Shown: positions 16,168-26,165 of the stretch, piece after piece | Layout: the number at the start of each line of letters is the position of its first letter | How positions within the stretch are numbered: position 1 is the first letter of the stretch | Source: an uncultured virus (IMG/VR IMGVR_UViG_3300027704_000023) | Lineage: Duplodnaviria; Heunggongvirae; Uroviricota; Caudoviricetes; Crassvirales | Virus record (IMG/VR): IMGVR_UViG_3300027704_000023 | Strand: one strand, 5' to 3' | Length of the DNA stretch: 64,000 bases | Notes under the pieces: generated by a model | The model's database searches: none | What the model saw: the letters and a program-made list of their open reading frames with translations, nothing else | Told to the model about the DNA's origin: nothing | Made by a program: the position numbers and the translations under genes

Positions 16168-18284
16168 TGAGTGTCTTATTAGACGTAAAGGAATATGAAG
16201 ATCCAGCAATTAAAATTTGCCCAAATAGTACGGAAGGTGAGATTGTCGAACTCAGTGGGCTACTCATTTGTCTTCCGAAAAGGCCGCCGAAGAAAGAAAT
16301 TTTTGGATATAAAGACGCAAACTCTGTGCAAATGTGGAGAAGGATATCTATGCCGAAGGAACTGTCTCGTATTCGTTCTATGGATGAGTGGGAAGAAATG
16401 CCAAGAGAGTTCCGAGCGAGGTTTCGTCCATATATCGAGGAAGAATTTCGGCGTAGGCGTGAGGGTTTTTGGTTTTATAACAACGGTACACCTACATATA
16501 TTACGGGGAGGCACTACATGATGCTTCAGTGGACCAAGCTAGATATTGGTTACCCTTATTTTTTAAACTTTCAAAAAGATATTTTTACACACTTAGCTGC
16601 TTGTGAAGTTGACCCTAGATGTATCGGTCAGCTATACACTAAGTGTCGTAGATCTGGTTATACCAATATGTGCTCTGCTGTCCTTGTAGACGAAGGAACG
16701 CAAGTAAAAGAAAAGCTTTTAGGTATACAGTCTAAAACTGGTAAAGACGCTCAAGAGAATATATTTATGAAAAAGGTGGTGTTTATGTTTAGAAACTATC
16801 CTTTTTTCTTTAAGCCCATACAGGACGGTACAACGAACCCACGTATGGAGCTAGCTTTTAGAGAGCCTTCAAAACGTATAACAAAAAAGAACAAAACCTC
16901 ACATATAGGAGAGGCTCTTAATACAGTTATAAACTGGAAAAACACAACTAATAACGCATATGACGGTGAAAAACTTCACTTGTTATATCTAGATGAAGCA
17001 GGAAAATGGGAAAGACCTACAGACATAAGGGACGCTTGGAGGATTCAGAGGACGTGTTTGATCGTCGGAAGAAAAATCGTAGGGAAAGCAATGGTAGGAA
17101 GCACGGTAAACCCAATGAACAAAGGGGGAAGTCAGTACAAAGATCTATGGGAGGATTCAAATCCTTTGGAGAGGAACAAGAATGGCAGGACTAGAACGGG
17201 ATTGTATAGACTTTTTATACCTGCTTACGAGTCTTTAGAAGGCTTCTTTGATAAATATGGTTGTCCAATTATTGAAGACCCGTCAGAAACCATAGAGGGA
17301 ATAGACGATGAGTATATTTACACAGGTGCAAAAACTTTTCTAAAGAACGAAAGAGACTCATTGAAAAATGACGCTTCAGAGTTGAACGAGGTAGTAAGAC
17401 AGTTTCCTTTTACGGAGGATGAAGCCTTTAGAGATAGTATAGATGGAAGTGTATTTAACATAGGTCAAATATATGAGCAAGTTGAACATAATGATGAGCT
17501 TTTTCCAAACCCTGTAGTTAAAGGTAACTTTACTTGGAAGGGAGGTTTAAAAGACACTGAGGTAGTGTTTAACCCAAACCCTCAGGGTAGGTTTAAAATT
17601 GCTTGGATGCCTCCTGTTGATTTTCGCAATCAGAAAAGAACAGAAAGAGGAAAACGTGTTCCACCACATCCAGACTTCGGTGTAGGTGGAGTAGACTCAT
17701 ATGACTTGGATGCTACGGTAGATGGCAGAGGATCTAAAGGCGCTTTACATCTATATAACAAATTCCATATAGAGAACCCTTCTAATATGTTTGTGTTAGA
17801 GTATGCTTCTAGGCCTCCTTTAGCAAAAATATTCTATGAAGATGTTTTAATGGCTGCGGTTTTTTATGGTTACCCTATCTTAATTGAGAACAATAAGTAC
17901 GGTATCGCAAGGTACTTTGAGTCAAGGGGTTATGATGGATACCTAATGGATAGACCTAAACATTTACTTAGCGCAAGCGGTAGTAAGTCTAAAACAAAAG
18001 GCATTCCTTCAAACTCTCAAGATGTAATTCAGGCTCATGCTCATGCTATTGAAGCCTTTATACATGATCACGTAGGTATAAATAGAGAGACAGGAGAGGT
18101 TGGAAAAATGTATTTTAACAAAACATTAGAAGACTGGATAGGATACAAAATAGACGATAGAACTAAGTATGACCTTACTATTAGTTCTGGATTAGCTCTA
18201 TTAGGAGCGCAAAAATCTAAAACTAAAAAGGCTTCGGACTTAACTGAAAAACAATTCTTTAGGAGATATCAAGTAATCGGATGA
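16167..18284 (+). CDS. terL: Terminase large subunit
   Basis: Walker A KCRRSGYT, Walker B LYLDEAGKW, GST motif, nuclease GVDSYD, IENNK, YDLTIS. Confidence 0.93.
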   Translation: MSVLLDVKEYEDPAIKICPNSTEGEIVELSGLLICLPKRPPKKEIFGYKDANSVQMWRRISMPKELSRIRSMDEWEEMPREFRARFRPYIEEEFRRRREGFWFYNNGTPTYITGRHYMMLQWTKLDIGYPYFLNFQKDIFTHLAACEVDPRCIGQLYTKCRRSGYTNMCSAVLVDEGTQVKEKLLGIQSKTGKDAQENIFMKKVVFMFRNYPFFFKPIQDGTTNPRMELAFREPSKRITKKNKTSHIGEALNTVINWKNTTNNAYDGEKLHLLYLDEAGKWERPTDIRDAWRIQRTCLIVGRKIVGKAMVGSTVNPMNKGGSQYKDLWEDSNPLERNKNGRTRTGLYRLFIPAYESLEGFFDKYGCPIIEDPSETIEGIDDEYIYTGAKTFLKNERDSLKNDASELNEVVRQFPFTEDEAFRDSIDGSVFNIGQIYEQVEHNDELFPNPVVKGNFTWKGGLKDTEVVFNPNPQGRFKIAWMPPVDFRNQKRTERGKRVPPHPDFGVGGVDSYDLDATVDGRGSKGALHLYNKFHIENPSNMFVLEYASRPPLAKIFYEDVLMAAVFYGYPILIENNKYGIARYFESRGYDGYLMDRPKHLLSASGSKSKTKGIPSNSQDVIQAHAHAIEAFIHDHVGINRETGEVGKMYFNKTLEDWIGYKIDDRTKYDLTISSGLALLGAQKSKTKKASDLTEKQFFRRYQVIG

Positions 18285-18289
18285 TTTAC

Positions 18290-18297
18290 TATATTTG
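18290..18297 (+). promoter_or_regulatory. -7 element TATATTTG before portal
   Basis: Exact consensus, intergenic. Confidence 0.65.
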
Positions 18298-18323
18298 CTA
18301 AATAGAAATACCATATCTTAAGG

Positions 18324-20762
18324 ATGTACAATAACAACAATAAAAGTAAGCAAGGGTTTCCTAGTCCACTAGAGTCTACGGAGAAAAAGCAATCTAAAGA
18401 ATATGGTATTCAATACGCAAGAGCTATTGAGTCTCAATGGGGAAAGACTACTGACGAATCTTCTTTAGTAGGTAAGCGAAACAGAATATTTGAGAAAGAT
18501 AGAGATTATGCTATTGGAGTACAAGATACAAGTATATACAAGCAGTTATTAAACTCTCTTCAACCTAACAAAGCAGATGGAGCTTTATTGAACATGGATT
18601 ACACTCCAGTTCCTATTCTGCCTAAGTTTGTTAGAATTGTAGTCAATAAGATCTTATCTGTAAACCCTTATCCTAATTTAGAGGCTGTAGACCCTTTGTC
18701 TTCTTCTGAAAAGAATGAAAAAAAGAAAAAGGTTTTAATGCAGGTTCAGTCTAAAAGTAAGTTAAAAGAACTTAAAGATAAGACAGGGGTTGTTTTAGAT
18801 ATGGATCCAGACTCTATTCCAGACACACCAGAAGAAGCGGAGATTTTATTTGACACCAACATTAAAAGCGACGGAGAGATTTCTGCTCAATTAGGTACAG
18901 AGCTTACTCTTACTTGGAATAATTTTGTTGACAATACATTCCGTAGATGCGTTAATGATCTAGCCACATTAGGTATGTCTGTAGTAAAAAGATCTAACGA
19001 CCCTAATGAGGGTATTAAAACATCTTATGTAGATCCTTGCATGTTTATACATAGTCATACAGAAGATCCAAATTTCGACGACCTTGTATATGCTGGGCAT
19101 ATTAAAAAAATCTCCATACAGGAGTTAAAACGCATTTCAGGGGGTGAGCTTTCTGAAGAGGATTTTCAGAAGATAGCAGAGAAATCTAAAGGTCGTAACG
19201 GTAACGACTCCAGTAAGTATAATAAAAAAAGCTACAATGACGCCTTAGGTGTTACTGGTTTTGGTTATGATGAGTATATGGTTGAGGTTTTAGACTTTGA
19301 GTTTATTGCTGTTGATTGTATACATTTTGAGGAGAAAGAAAACCGACATGGGAACACTGGTTTTTACTTTAAAGGCTTTGAAGCGAGAGCCAATAAAAAC
19401 AGCGTATTTGAACGTACCCCTCATAAATTAGAGATATCTACAGTTTATGGTGGTAGCTACGTTTTAGGTTGCAACTATTTATTTGGTTACGGTAAGACTA
19501 AAAATGTACCTAAAAATATTCACGATATATCTAAGGCTAGACTATCCTACTCTGTAACGGCTACAAACCTTCGGAACATGATGCCTAAGTCTATGGTAGA
19601 TAGCTGTGTAGGGTTTGCTGACATGCTTCAACTGACTCATTTAAAAATACAGCAAGCTATAGCAAAAGCTAAACCAGACGGTTTAATTATAGACATAGAA
19701 GGTTTAGAAAATGTTCAATTAGGTAAAGGGGGAGATCTACAACCTCTAGACCTTCACGATATATACGAGCAAACTGGTGTTTTTTATTACAGAAGTAAAA
19801 ACCCAGAAGGTGGATTTCAAAACCCTCCAGTACGAGAGATAGGCAATAGCATAAGGAATATTAACGAGCTTATAGGTTTGTATAATCATTACTTAGGTTT
19901 AATAAGAGACACTACGGGTATTAATGAGGCTATGGATGCTTCTTCTCCCAAAGGGGATGCTTTGGTTGGTGTTCAACAACAAGCCATAGCTGCAGGTAAT
20001 AACGCCATCTACGATATAACTAATGCTTCAATGATCTTATTTAAAAAGGTTTGTGAGGATATAGTTAAGTGCATTCAAATTATCCCCGTTGAGTCTGTTC
20101 TTTATAAAGTTTATCAAAACGCTATAGGGGATACTAACATGAAAGCTTTGGCTTCTTTTAAAGATCTCCCAATGTATAACTTTGGGGTGGTTGTTGTTAA
20201 AGACATGGAGGAAAAGGATAAAGCCTATTTAGAACAAAACATTCAGATGGCTTTACAACAGCAGGAGTTAGACTTAGAAGATGCTATAGCTGTTCGTGGG
20301 CTCAAGGATATTAATCAAGCGGAAAGACTTTTAGTTGTTAGGCGTAAAAAACGTATGGCTTTACGACAAGAGATGGCTATGCAAAACTCAAAACAACAAG
20401 CGGAAATTCAGTCTCAAATAGCTCAACAATCTCAACAGGCTAAAATGAGTGAGATGCAAGCAGCAGCTCAATTTGAAGGACAGAAGATACAGATGGAGGC
20501 TGAGGTTAACATGAAGATGGAGCAAATGCGTCATGAGTTTAAAAAGGAGATTGAGATGATTAAAGCTCAAGCTACACTTGGGTTTAAAGAAGACGACAAA
20601 GAGTTTAAAGAAAAGTTAGAGGTTTTAAAAGAGACTCGAAAAGACGATAGATTAGACCAACAGACTTCCGATCAAAGCAAGCTGATTTCTCAAAGACAAG
20701 GAAAAAGAAGTGAGTTGCCTGAAAGCTCAAACAAACTAATTAATGCATTATTAAACGAATAA
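18324..20762 (+). CDS. Portal protein
   Basis: 812 aa directly after TerL; PILPKFVRIVV motif; Q-rich C-terminal coiled coil typical of podovirus portals. Confidence 0.88.
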   Translation: MYNNNNKSKQGFPSPLESTEKKQSKEYGIQYARAIESQWGKTTDESSLVGKRNRIFEKDRDYAIGVQDTSIYKQLLNSLQPNKADGALLNMDYTPVPILPKFVRIVVNKILSVNPYPNLEAVDPLSSSEKNEKKKKVLMQVQSKSKLKELKDKTGVVLDMDPDSIPDTPEEAEILFDTNIKSDGEISAQLGTELTLTWNNFVDNTFRRCVNDLATLGMSVVKRSNDPNEGIKTSYVDPCMFIHSHTEDPNFDDLVYAGHIKKISIQELKRISGGELSEEDFQKIAEKSKGRNGNDSSKYNKKSYNDALGVTGFGYDEYMVEVLDFEFIAVDCIHFEEKENRHGNTGFYFKGFEARANKNSVFERTPHKLEISTVYGGSYVLGCNYLFGYGKTKNVPKNIHDISKARLSYSVTATNLRNMMPKSMVDSCVGFADMLQLTHLKIQQAIAKAKPDGLIIDIEGLENVQLGKGGDLQPLDLHDIYEQTGVFYYRSKNPEGGFQNPPVREIGNSIRNINELIGLYNHYLGLIRDTTGINEAMDASSPKGDALVGVQQQAIAAGNNAIYDITNASMILFKKVCEDIVKCIQIIPVESVLYKVYQNAIGDTNMKALASFKDLPMYNFGVVVVKDMEEKDKAYLEQNIQMALQQQELDLEDAIAVRGLKDINQAERLLVVRRKKRMALRQEMAMQNSKQQAEIQSQIAQQSQQAKMSEMQAAAQFEGQKIQMEAEVNMKMEQMRHEFKKEIEMIKAQATLGFKEDDKEFKEKLEVLKETRKDDRLDQQTSDQSKLISQRQGKRSELPESSNKLINALLNE

Positions 20763-20763
20763 A

Positions 20764-21264
20764 ATGGCTAGTTCAGTAAATTTAGATACTTCAGATGTAT
20801 TAAATATAACCTGTAGAAAAGGTGATACTTTTTCTATTACAATTACTCTAAAAGATTCAGCGGGTACTCTACTCACGTTATCTACAAGTGAGTATGTTTT
20901 TTTAATGCAAGTAAAATCTAAAGAGATAAGCAAAAGAGGAAGATCTAGTGTTTCATCTTTAATACTAGGCACTCCTAATGCAGCCGCTAAAGATCAAGTT
21001 CGAGTCAAATCAAAGACTAGGACTCCAGCAATACAAATACCTTCTGTTTCTGGACGCAATACATTTGAAGCACCTACACTAGACGATGTGGGAAATGTAA
21101 CCATAAAAGCATCTGCGGAAACTATGAGTAAAGTTCCTTCTGGTTCTTATTCATATGACTTGCAATACATCTTACCTAACAGTTCTGGATTGGACACTCA
21201 TAGAACTGTTTTAAGAGGTAAATTTATAGTTAACCCAGATATTACTGAAGCGTTTGAGAACTAA
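20764..21264 (+). CDS. BppU-like Ig-fold structural protein
   Basis: KGDTFSITI...YSYDLQ...VLRGKFIVNPDIT. Confidence 0.65.
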   Translation: MASSVNLDTSDVLNITCRKGDTFSITITLKDSAGTLLTLSTSEYVFLMQVKSKEISKRGRSSVSSLILGTPNAAAKDQVRVKSKTRTPAIQIPSVSGRNTFEAPTLDDVGNVTIKASAETMSKVPSGSYSYDLQYILPNSSGLDTHRTVLRGKFIVNPDITEAFEN

Positions 21265-21434
21265 TGAGTATATCTATAAGCACATCCCTTGAAAGTACTA
21301 TTAGTGTATCCGTTAGCGGAAGCCTTGCTGTAAATTTTAAAAAAAGCACTCCCTCTATATCTGTAAAACCTTTAGCGGCAAGCTCTACGGTATTAACTGA
21401 GAAATTAATTAGATCAATACAAGTGATTACTTAA
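21264..21434 (+). CDS. Small Ser/Ile-rich protein (56 aa)
   Basis: Read by hand; TAATG coupling. Confidence 0.55.
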   Translation: MSISISTSLESTISVSVSGSLAVNFKKSTPSISVKPLAASSTVLTEKLIRSIQVIT

Positions 21435-21448
21435 TAATATAGGCAAAA

Positions 21449-22540
21449 ATGAAAAAACTATTCTTTTTAAATGTTCTTTGGTTATTTATCCTTCCTGTAA
21501 GCGCTCAAGGGGTTATAAAAGATTTTTTTAAGTACAGTACATTATACGCTTCTTTTAATCAATCGAACTCTATGGTTCAGGATGATGTCTATGCTGTTCG
21601 AGATGGCGTATTAACAGTTCTGCCTATGGAGTATGAGCCAAACTACACTTTTTCCGTAGGGTTAAGAAAGTTAGCTAGGTTTAAATACGAAATCAAAGCA
21701 AAGAACTTCTATGACGGTTCTGAAGTTTCCATGTCGGAAGAAGCTAACGTAGGTAGCGTAAGCGGTTTTGAGTACGTGTTTGAGCGCTCGGAGGTAAGGC
21801 TTACGGGTAGAGAGTCTATAGACCAGAGATACTTCCTTAGACACCTCTCTAAATGGTTCGTAGCAGAGCTTGACTTCCTAGAGAACGCAAGAGCGGATAT
21901 AAAGTATTTAGAAGCTGGTTTAAAGTTACGCGTTAAGGTAGGTAAAAAACTAAATTTTACTGCAGGTGTAGCGGGTCGTAGGCATCCATCCTACACCGTA
22001 GCACCTATTGAAGACTGGATAGAAGAAAATTCAGGGGCGTGGTGGTTGTTGGCTTATGATTACAACTATACAGACAGCTGGGTTTACGTTGACTCTAACG
22101 ATGACGGGGAGTATACTAATGGGGAGTGGAGCGATTGGGAATGGTACGGGCCTGAAGGTAACTTAGTAGCAGAAACCGACTCCGAGTTTAGAAGATACAA
22201 ATACGGGAAGATCGTTAACGATTACAACAGGGATGTAAGAAGCTTACTACCAAACCAATACCAGATATCAGCTGCAGTAGGGGTTGACTTTTACCACTAC
22301 TCTAAAGACTTTTGGTTGCACACTTGGGCTAATGTTATGCCTTATCACAAAGAGTTTGGGGAGTGGGAATACTCTTACGGTAGAGTTGTAGGTAACTCCT
22401 GGATAGACTACAACGCAGGTATTGTATTTGGAGCAAACATAGGTAAACATTTAGGGGTTTTTACGGAGGGTAATTTTAGTGAGTATTGGGGAAGACCATA
22501 CGGGAGTTTAACAATGGGTGTTAATTACGTAATAAAATAA
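21449..22540 (+). CDS. Exported protein, probable outer-membrane beta-barrel
   Basis: Sec signal peptide (VSA-Q), aromatic-rich amphipathic strands, C-terminal LTMGVNY. Confidence 0.6.
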   Translation: MKKLFFLNVLWLFILPVSAQGVIKDFFKYSTLYASFNQSNSMVQDDVYAVRDGVLTVLPMEYEPNYTFSVGLRKLARFKYEIKAKNFYDGSEVSMSEEANVGSVSGFEYVFERSEVRLTGRESIDQRYFLRHLSKWFVAELDFLENARADIKYLEAGLKLRVKVGKKLNFTAGVAGRRHPSYTVAPIEDWIEENSGAWWLLAYDYNYTDSWVYVDSNDDGEYTNGEWSDWEWYGPEGNLVAETDSEFRRYKYGKIVNDYNRDVRSLLPNQYQISAAVGVDFYHYSKDFWLHTWANVMPYHKEFGEWEYSYGRVVGNSWIDYNAGIVFGANIGKHLGVFTEGNFSEYWGRPYGSLTMGVNYVIK

Positions 22541-22545
22541 TAGGT

Positions 22546-22824
22546 ATGAAGTTAGATGAGAATACAGGTTTTACAATAAATGTAAAAACATTGATAGGGA
22601 TAGGGACGGCGATGGTGACTGTAATCTCTATGTGGTTTATACTTCAAGCAGACATAGCGAGAGCAATGGAACTGCCTATTCCTCCTGATCCTGAGATCAC
22701 ACGTATGGAGTTTGACATGAAGGACAAGCTGGTTCGTCAGACGATTATGACTACACAAGAAGATGTTCTTGAAATAAAAGCTGATCTTAAAAACATTGAA
22801 AGAAAAATTGATGAACTAAAGTAA
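22546..22824 (+). CDS. Single-TM coiled-coil membrane protein
   Basis: Hydrophobic LIGIG...WFIL followed by heptad pattern. Confidence 0.65.
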   Translation: MKLDENTGFTINVKTLIGIGTAMVTVISMWFILQADIARAMELPIPPDPEITRMEFDMKDKLVRQTIMTTQEDVLEIKADLKNIERKIDELK

Positions 22825-22830
22825 CAACTT

Positions 22831-23193
22831 ATGAAAACCTTAATCCTTACCTTTTGGCTAATCCTATTGGCCCCCGCAGTTCACTCCCCTCTTCTTGAAC
22901 GTCCTTATCTACCTGATGAAGGCCTATGTGTAGTAGAGTTTAATGCTGGATTTAATTCTTCTAACAGTGTTGTCTGGATAGACGAACTAAGCGATTGCAA
23001 AGGGAGAAGGGTAGACATAGGATCTTCTCCCGACATGCAGAAGAAGCATAAGATTGTTGTAGTCCCAACTGTGATAGTGTTTAACGATGGAGAAGAAGTT
23101 AAAAGATTTCAAGCAAACATAATGATGCAGCTAGAAGCTACTAAAGATGAAGTTCAGGAATCAATAGATGAAATCTTAATGAGCTCGTTCTGA
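22831..23193 (+). CDS. Exported thioredoxin-fold protein lacking CxxC
   Basis: VVEFNAGFN replaces the WCxxC site; VVPTVIVFNDGEEVKR cis-Pro motif; N-terminal signal peptide. Confidence 0.75.
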   Translation: MKTLILTFWLILLAPAVHSPLLERPYLPDEGLCVVEFNAGFNSSNSVVWIDELSDCKGRRVDIGSSPDMQKKHKIVVVPTVIVFNDGEEVKRFQANIMMQLEATKDEVQESIDEILMSSF

Positions 23194-23510
23194 TGAAAGT
23201 TTGTAAATGCGAAAATAAAGATGAGTATAAAAAAGGAGGTAAGACTCCTGCTTGGACTCGTAAAGAAGGTAAAAACCCTAAAGGAGGTTTAAACGCTAAA
23301 GGTGTGGCTTCTTATAGAGCTGCAAATCCTGGGAGCAAACTTAAGATGGCTGTAACTGGAAAGGTTAAAGCTGGATCTAAAGCAGCTAAAAGGAGAAAAT
23401 CTTTTTGCGCTAGAATGAGCGGAATGAAGGGTCCTATGAAGAAACCAAATGGCAAGCCTACCAGAAAGGCTTTAGCTTTACGTAAATGGCGTTGTAGAAA
23501 AAAGAAATAA
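23193..23510 (+). CDS. Highly basic phage protein (DUF6321-like)
   Basis: AWTRKEGKNPKGGLNAKG...RRKSFCARM...ALRKWRC. Confidence 0.7.
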   Translation: MKVCKCENKDEYKKGGKTPAWTRKEGKNPKGGLNAKGVASYRAANPGSKLKMAVTGKVKAGSKAAKRRKSFCARMSGMKGPMKKPNGKPTRKALALRKWRCRKKK

Positions 23511-23698
23511 TGAAAACAGTAAAGAAAAACACTAAACTAACAATCCTTAACAAGAAGGTAGAAGTATCTCCCCCTAAAGGTCACCACTGGATGGAAGATC
23601 AAGGTAGGTATTACCTTATGGAAGGTGCTTATGCTGCTCATCCTAAATCTGTAGAAAAAGCTATGTTTAAGCTCTCTAACCATGCCAAAGGTAGTTAA
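23510..23698 (+). CDS. Small basic hypothetical protein
   Basis: PPKGHHWM motif; TAATG coupling. Confidence 0.7.
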   Translation: MKTVKKNTKLTILNKKVEVSPPKGHHWMEDQGRYYLMEGAYAAHPKSVEKAMFKLSNHAKGS

Positions 23699-23855
23699 GA
23701 AATATAAAAAAGGTGGGAAGTCAAGCAGTAAAGATGCTTGTTATCATAAGGTAAAGTCTAGATATAGTGTCTGGCCTTCTGCTTACGCGTCTGGGGCTTT
23801 AGCTAAGTGTCGTAAAGTCGGAGTAGGCAACTGGGGTAATAAAAGTAAAAAGTAA
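23682..23855 (+). CDS. Small basic protein (57 aa, MPKVVKKYKKGG...DACYHKVKSRYSVWPSAYASGAL)
   Basis: Read by hand; coupled to next gene; motif familiar from marine phage proteins. Confidence 0.75.
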   Translation: MPKVVKKYKKGGKSSSKDACYHKVKSRYSVWPSAYASGALAKCRKVGVGNWGNKSKK

Positions 23856-24109
23856 TGCCTAAAGTCCGAAAGACAAAAAAAGGCTTAGCTCTTAAACGCT
23901 GGTTTAAAGAAAAATGGAGAACACCTAAGGGTAAGAAAGGATACAGTAAGAAGGACAAAACATTTAGACCTACAGTAAAAGTTTCATCAAAAACTCCTTC
24001 TACTTGGTCTGAACTAACCCCTTCTGAAAAAGCAAGAGCTGCAAAAGAAAAGAGAGTTAAAGGTAGAGTTTCTAGATATAAGGTTAGGAAAAAAAAGACA
24101 AAGAAATAG
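23855..24109 (+). CDS. Highly basic protein (DUF5872-like)
   Basis: LKRWFKEKW...RPTVKVSSKTPSTWSEL. Confidence 0.7.
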   Translation: MPKVRKTKKGLALKRWFKEKWRTPKGKKGYSKKDKTFRPTVKVSSKTPSTWSELTPSEKARAAKEKRVKGRVSRYKVRKKKTKK

Positions 24110-24113
24110 TACT

Positions 24114-24121
24114 TATATTTG
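24114..24121 (+). promoter_or_regulatory. -7 element TATATTTG
   Basis: Exact consensus, intergenic. Confidence 0.65.
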
Positions 24122-24140
24122 CATATAAATAATTCTTAAA

Positions 24141-24572
24141 ATGGCTACGATCACCGCAACAATAAATCTTACTAGTCCAGATATCACTGGAGACCCTTTA
24201 AACCTTAGTAAGGCTTCTGTATTAAACAAAGCTGGAACAGCGACTGGTTTAGATCAGTTTACTGGGATTACTACTGTAGTATATGCAGCAGCTCAAACAG
24301 CAAGGTGTATAGTCTTAGCTGATGCTGCTAGCGGTCTTTCTGGATATGCTGATACAGCGGTTTCTCATAAAGTGTATATTAAAAATTCTGCTGCAGGATC
24401 TAGCGATTTCGTAACAGTGGAGCTTGGAGGTAGTAATATTATAATGGGTAGGCTTTACCCAGGAGATTGGTGCTTTTTCCCATACGACGGAACTTTAGAC
24501 ATAGATATTGACACCAGTGCAGCTAACATGAAGGTTGAATACGGTGTTTTTTCTCAATCAACTGCATCGTAA
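24141..24572 (+). CDS. Structural paralog family A, member 1
   Basis: HKVYIKN...GRLYPGDWCFFP...EYGVF. Confidence 0.75.
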   Translation: MATITATINLTSPDITGDPLNLSKASVLNKAGTATGLDQFTGITTVVYAAAQTARCIVLADAASGLSGYADTAVSHKVYIKNSAAGSSDFVTVELGGSNIIMGRLYPGDWCFFPYDGTLDIDIDTSAANMKVEYGVFSQSTAS

Positions 24573-24583
24573 TAATATAAAAC

Positions 24584-24994
24584 ATGGCAACAACAACAGC
24601 AACATTAATCCTAAGTAGCCCAGATGTTACAGGTCATAGTTTTAATATGACTCAAACGGCAACTCTAACTAGAGCGGCATCTTCAACAGGATTAGACGAA
24701 TTTACAGGTATAACAAGTAGAACCTATGCTGGAGCACAGACTAATACAATTATTATAGCAAAGGGGGATTATGTTGACACAACTGTATCTCACAAAGTTT
24801 ACATAAGAAACACAAGTACAGGGAATAGTGATTATATACTTGTTGAATTAGAGGACGATGTTATAGTAGGACGGCTTTATCCAGGAGACTGGATGTTTAT
24901 ACCATATTTAGGAGTGCTGAATGTGGAGGTTACAACTTTAGCTGTAGGGGTTGGTATTGAATACGGGGTCTTCTCTCAATCAACTGTATCGTAA
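24584..24994 (+). CDS. Structural paralog family A, member 2
   Basis: HKVYIRN...GRLYPGDWMFIP...EYGVF. Confidence 0.75.
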   Translation: MATTTATLILSSPDVTGHSFNMTQTATLTRAASSTGLDEFTGITSRTYAGAQTNTIIIAKGDYVDTTVSHKVYIRNTSTGNSDYILVELEDDVIVGRLYPGDWMFIPYLGVLNVEVTTLAVGVGIEYGVFSQSTVS

Positions 24995-25746
24995 TGGCAA
25001 GAACGGTAACTACAACAGCAAGTTTTTCTTTATCTAGTTCAGATTTAACTAGTAGCGCTCTTAATATAAACGCTACTCAAAAGCTTAAAAAAGCTGGGAG
25101 TAGACTTGGTTTATCTCAAACTACAGGTTTGGCGATAAAAACAACAACTTATGCAAGCGCGGGAGTTATTGACAGCACGGTTTTATTCCGTGGAGATGAC
25201 TATACTGCAGACGGAGCGAATAAAGTATACTTAAAAAATCTATCTACAATAGCTTCTGAGTATTTTACAATTTATCTGACTGGAAACGGCGGAACAGATG
25301 GTGGAGGTGTAACAGAACTCGGTAGGATATACGCGGGAGATTTTGCGTTTTTTCCTTGGAATGCAACTGGAGGAACAAAAGAGACCTTTATAGCTACTAT
25401 AGGTGGCACTTGGGTGGCTGGAGAAACCTGGGAGTTTGATGGAGTGTTAATTTCAGCTGCTAATACTACTGTAGCTGATATTGCGGCTCAAGTAGATGCA
25501 GCTCAGTTCCCTAATTGGGTGACTTCAAGATCTGGTGCAGCGGTAACGTTTGTAGCCAGAGAGTCTATAGATACAGGCACGGTTGTAACAGCTACAGCGG
25601 ATATTGTAATTGTACAAACAGGAGGTAGTGACGCAACGTCAGTAGTTTCATCTGCAGCTTTAGGTACAAAGTCTTTATCAGATGTATGGATTAAACCAAG
25701 CGTTCACACTGAGATGTCATTAGAACACATATTAATACACGAATAA
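24994..25746 (+). CDS. Structural paralog family A, member 3 (with inserted domain)
   Basis: KVYLKN...GRIYAGDFAFFP, then an insertion of roughly 100 aa. Confidence 0.75.
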   Translation: MARTVTTTASFSLSSSDLTSSALNINATQKLKKAGSRLGLSQTTGLAIKTTTYASAGVIDSTVLFRGDDYTADGANKVYLKNLSTIASEYFTIYLTGNGGTDGGGVTELGRIYAGDFAFFPWNATGGTKETFIATIGGTWVAGETWEFDGVLISAANTTVADIAAQVDAAQFPNWVTSRSGAAVTFVARESIDTGTVVTATADIVIVQTGGSDATSVVSSAALGTKSLSDVWIKPSVHTEMSLEHILIHE

Positions 25747-26153
25747 TGGGGAATCTTAGAGTAGGTTTATCTTTAAATAGCACGGACTTGTTATCAAGTG
25801 CTTTAAACATTTCTGTATCGACATCTTTATTGTTGGATTCAGGAAGCCTTATTAGAGCAAAAGTTTTAGGAACAGCAGAGGACACTAATGACTTATGTCT
25901 ATATATAGTTAATCAGTGTAGCGATAGGGCTTACTTATACATAAAGAATTTAGATTCTCAATTAGAGAACTACATATATGTACATAACGATACAGATACT
26001 GGTTTAGTGGCTAAAATAGGTGGTGGAGAGTTTGCTTTTATTCCTGTTGCAGTAGATAAGAAATACGAAGTATACGGAACTAAAGTAGATACATTAATCG
26101 AGTACGGGGTATTCGGAAACGATAACTCAGCTGCACCATACGGTGGAACATAA
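25746..26153 (+). CDS. Structural paralog family A, member 4
   Basis: YLYIKN...KIGGGEFAFIP...EYGVF. Confidence 0.75.
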   Translation: MGNLRVGLSLNSTDLLSSALNISVSTSLLLDSGSLIRAKVLGTAEDTNDLCLYIVNQCSDRAYLYIKNLDSQLENYIYVHNDTDTGLVAKIGGGEFAFIPVAVDKKYEVYGTKVDTLIEYGVFGNDNSAAPYGGT

Positions 26154-26165
26154 TAAAATAAAGAC

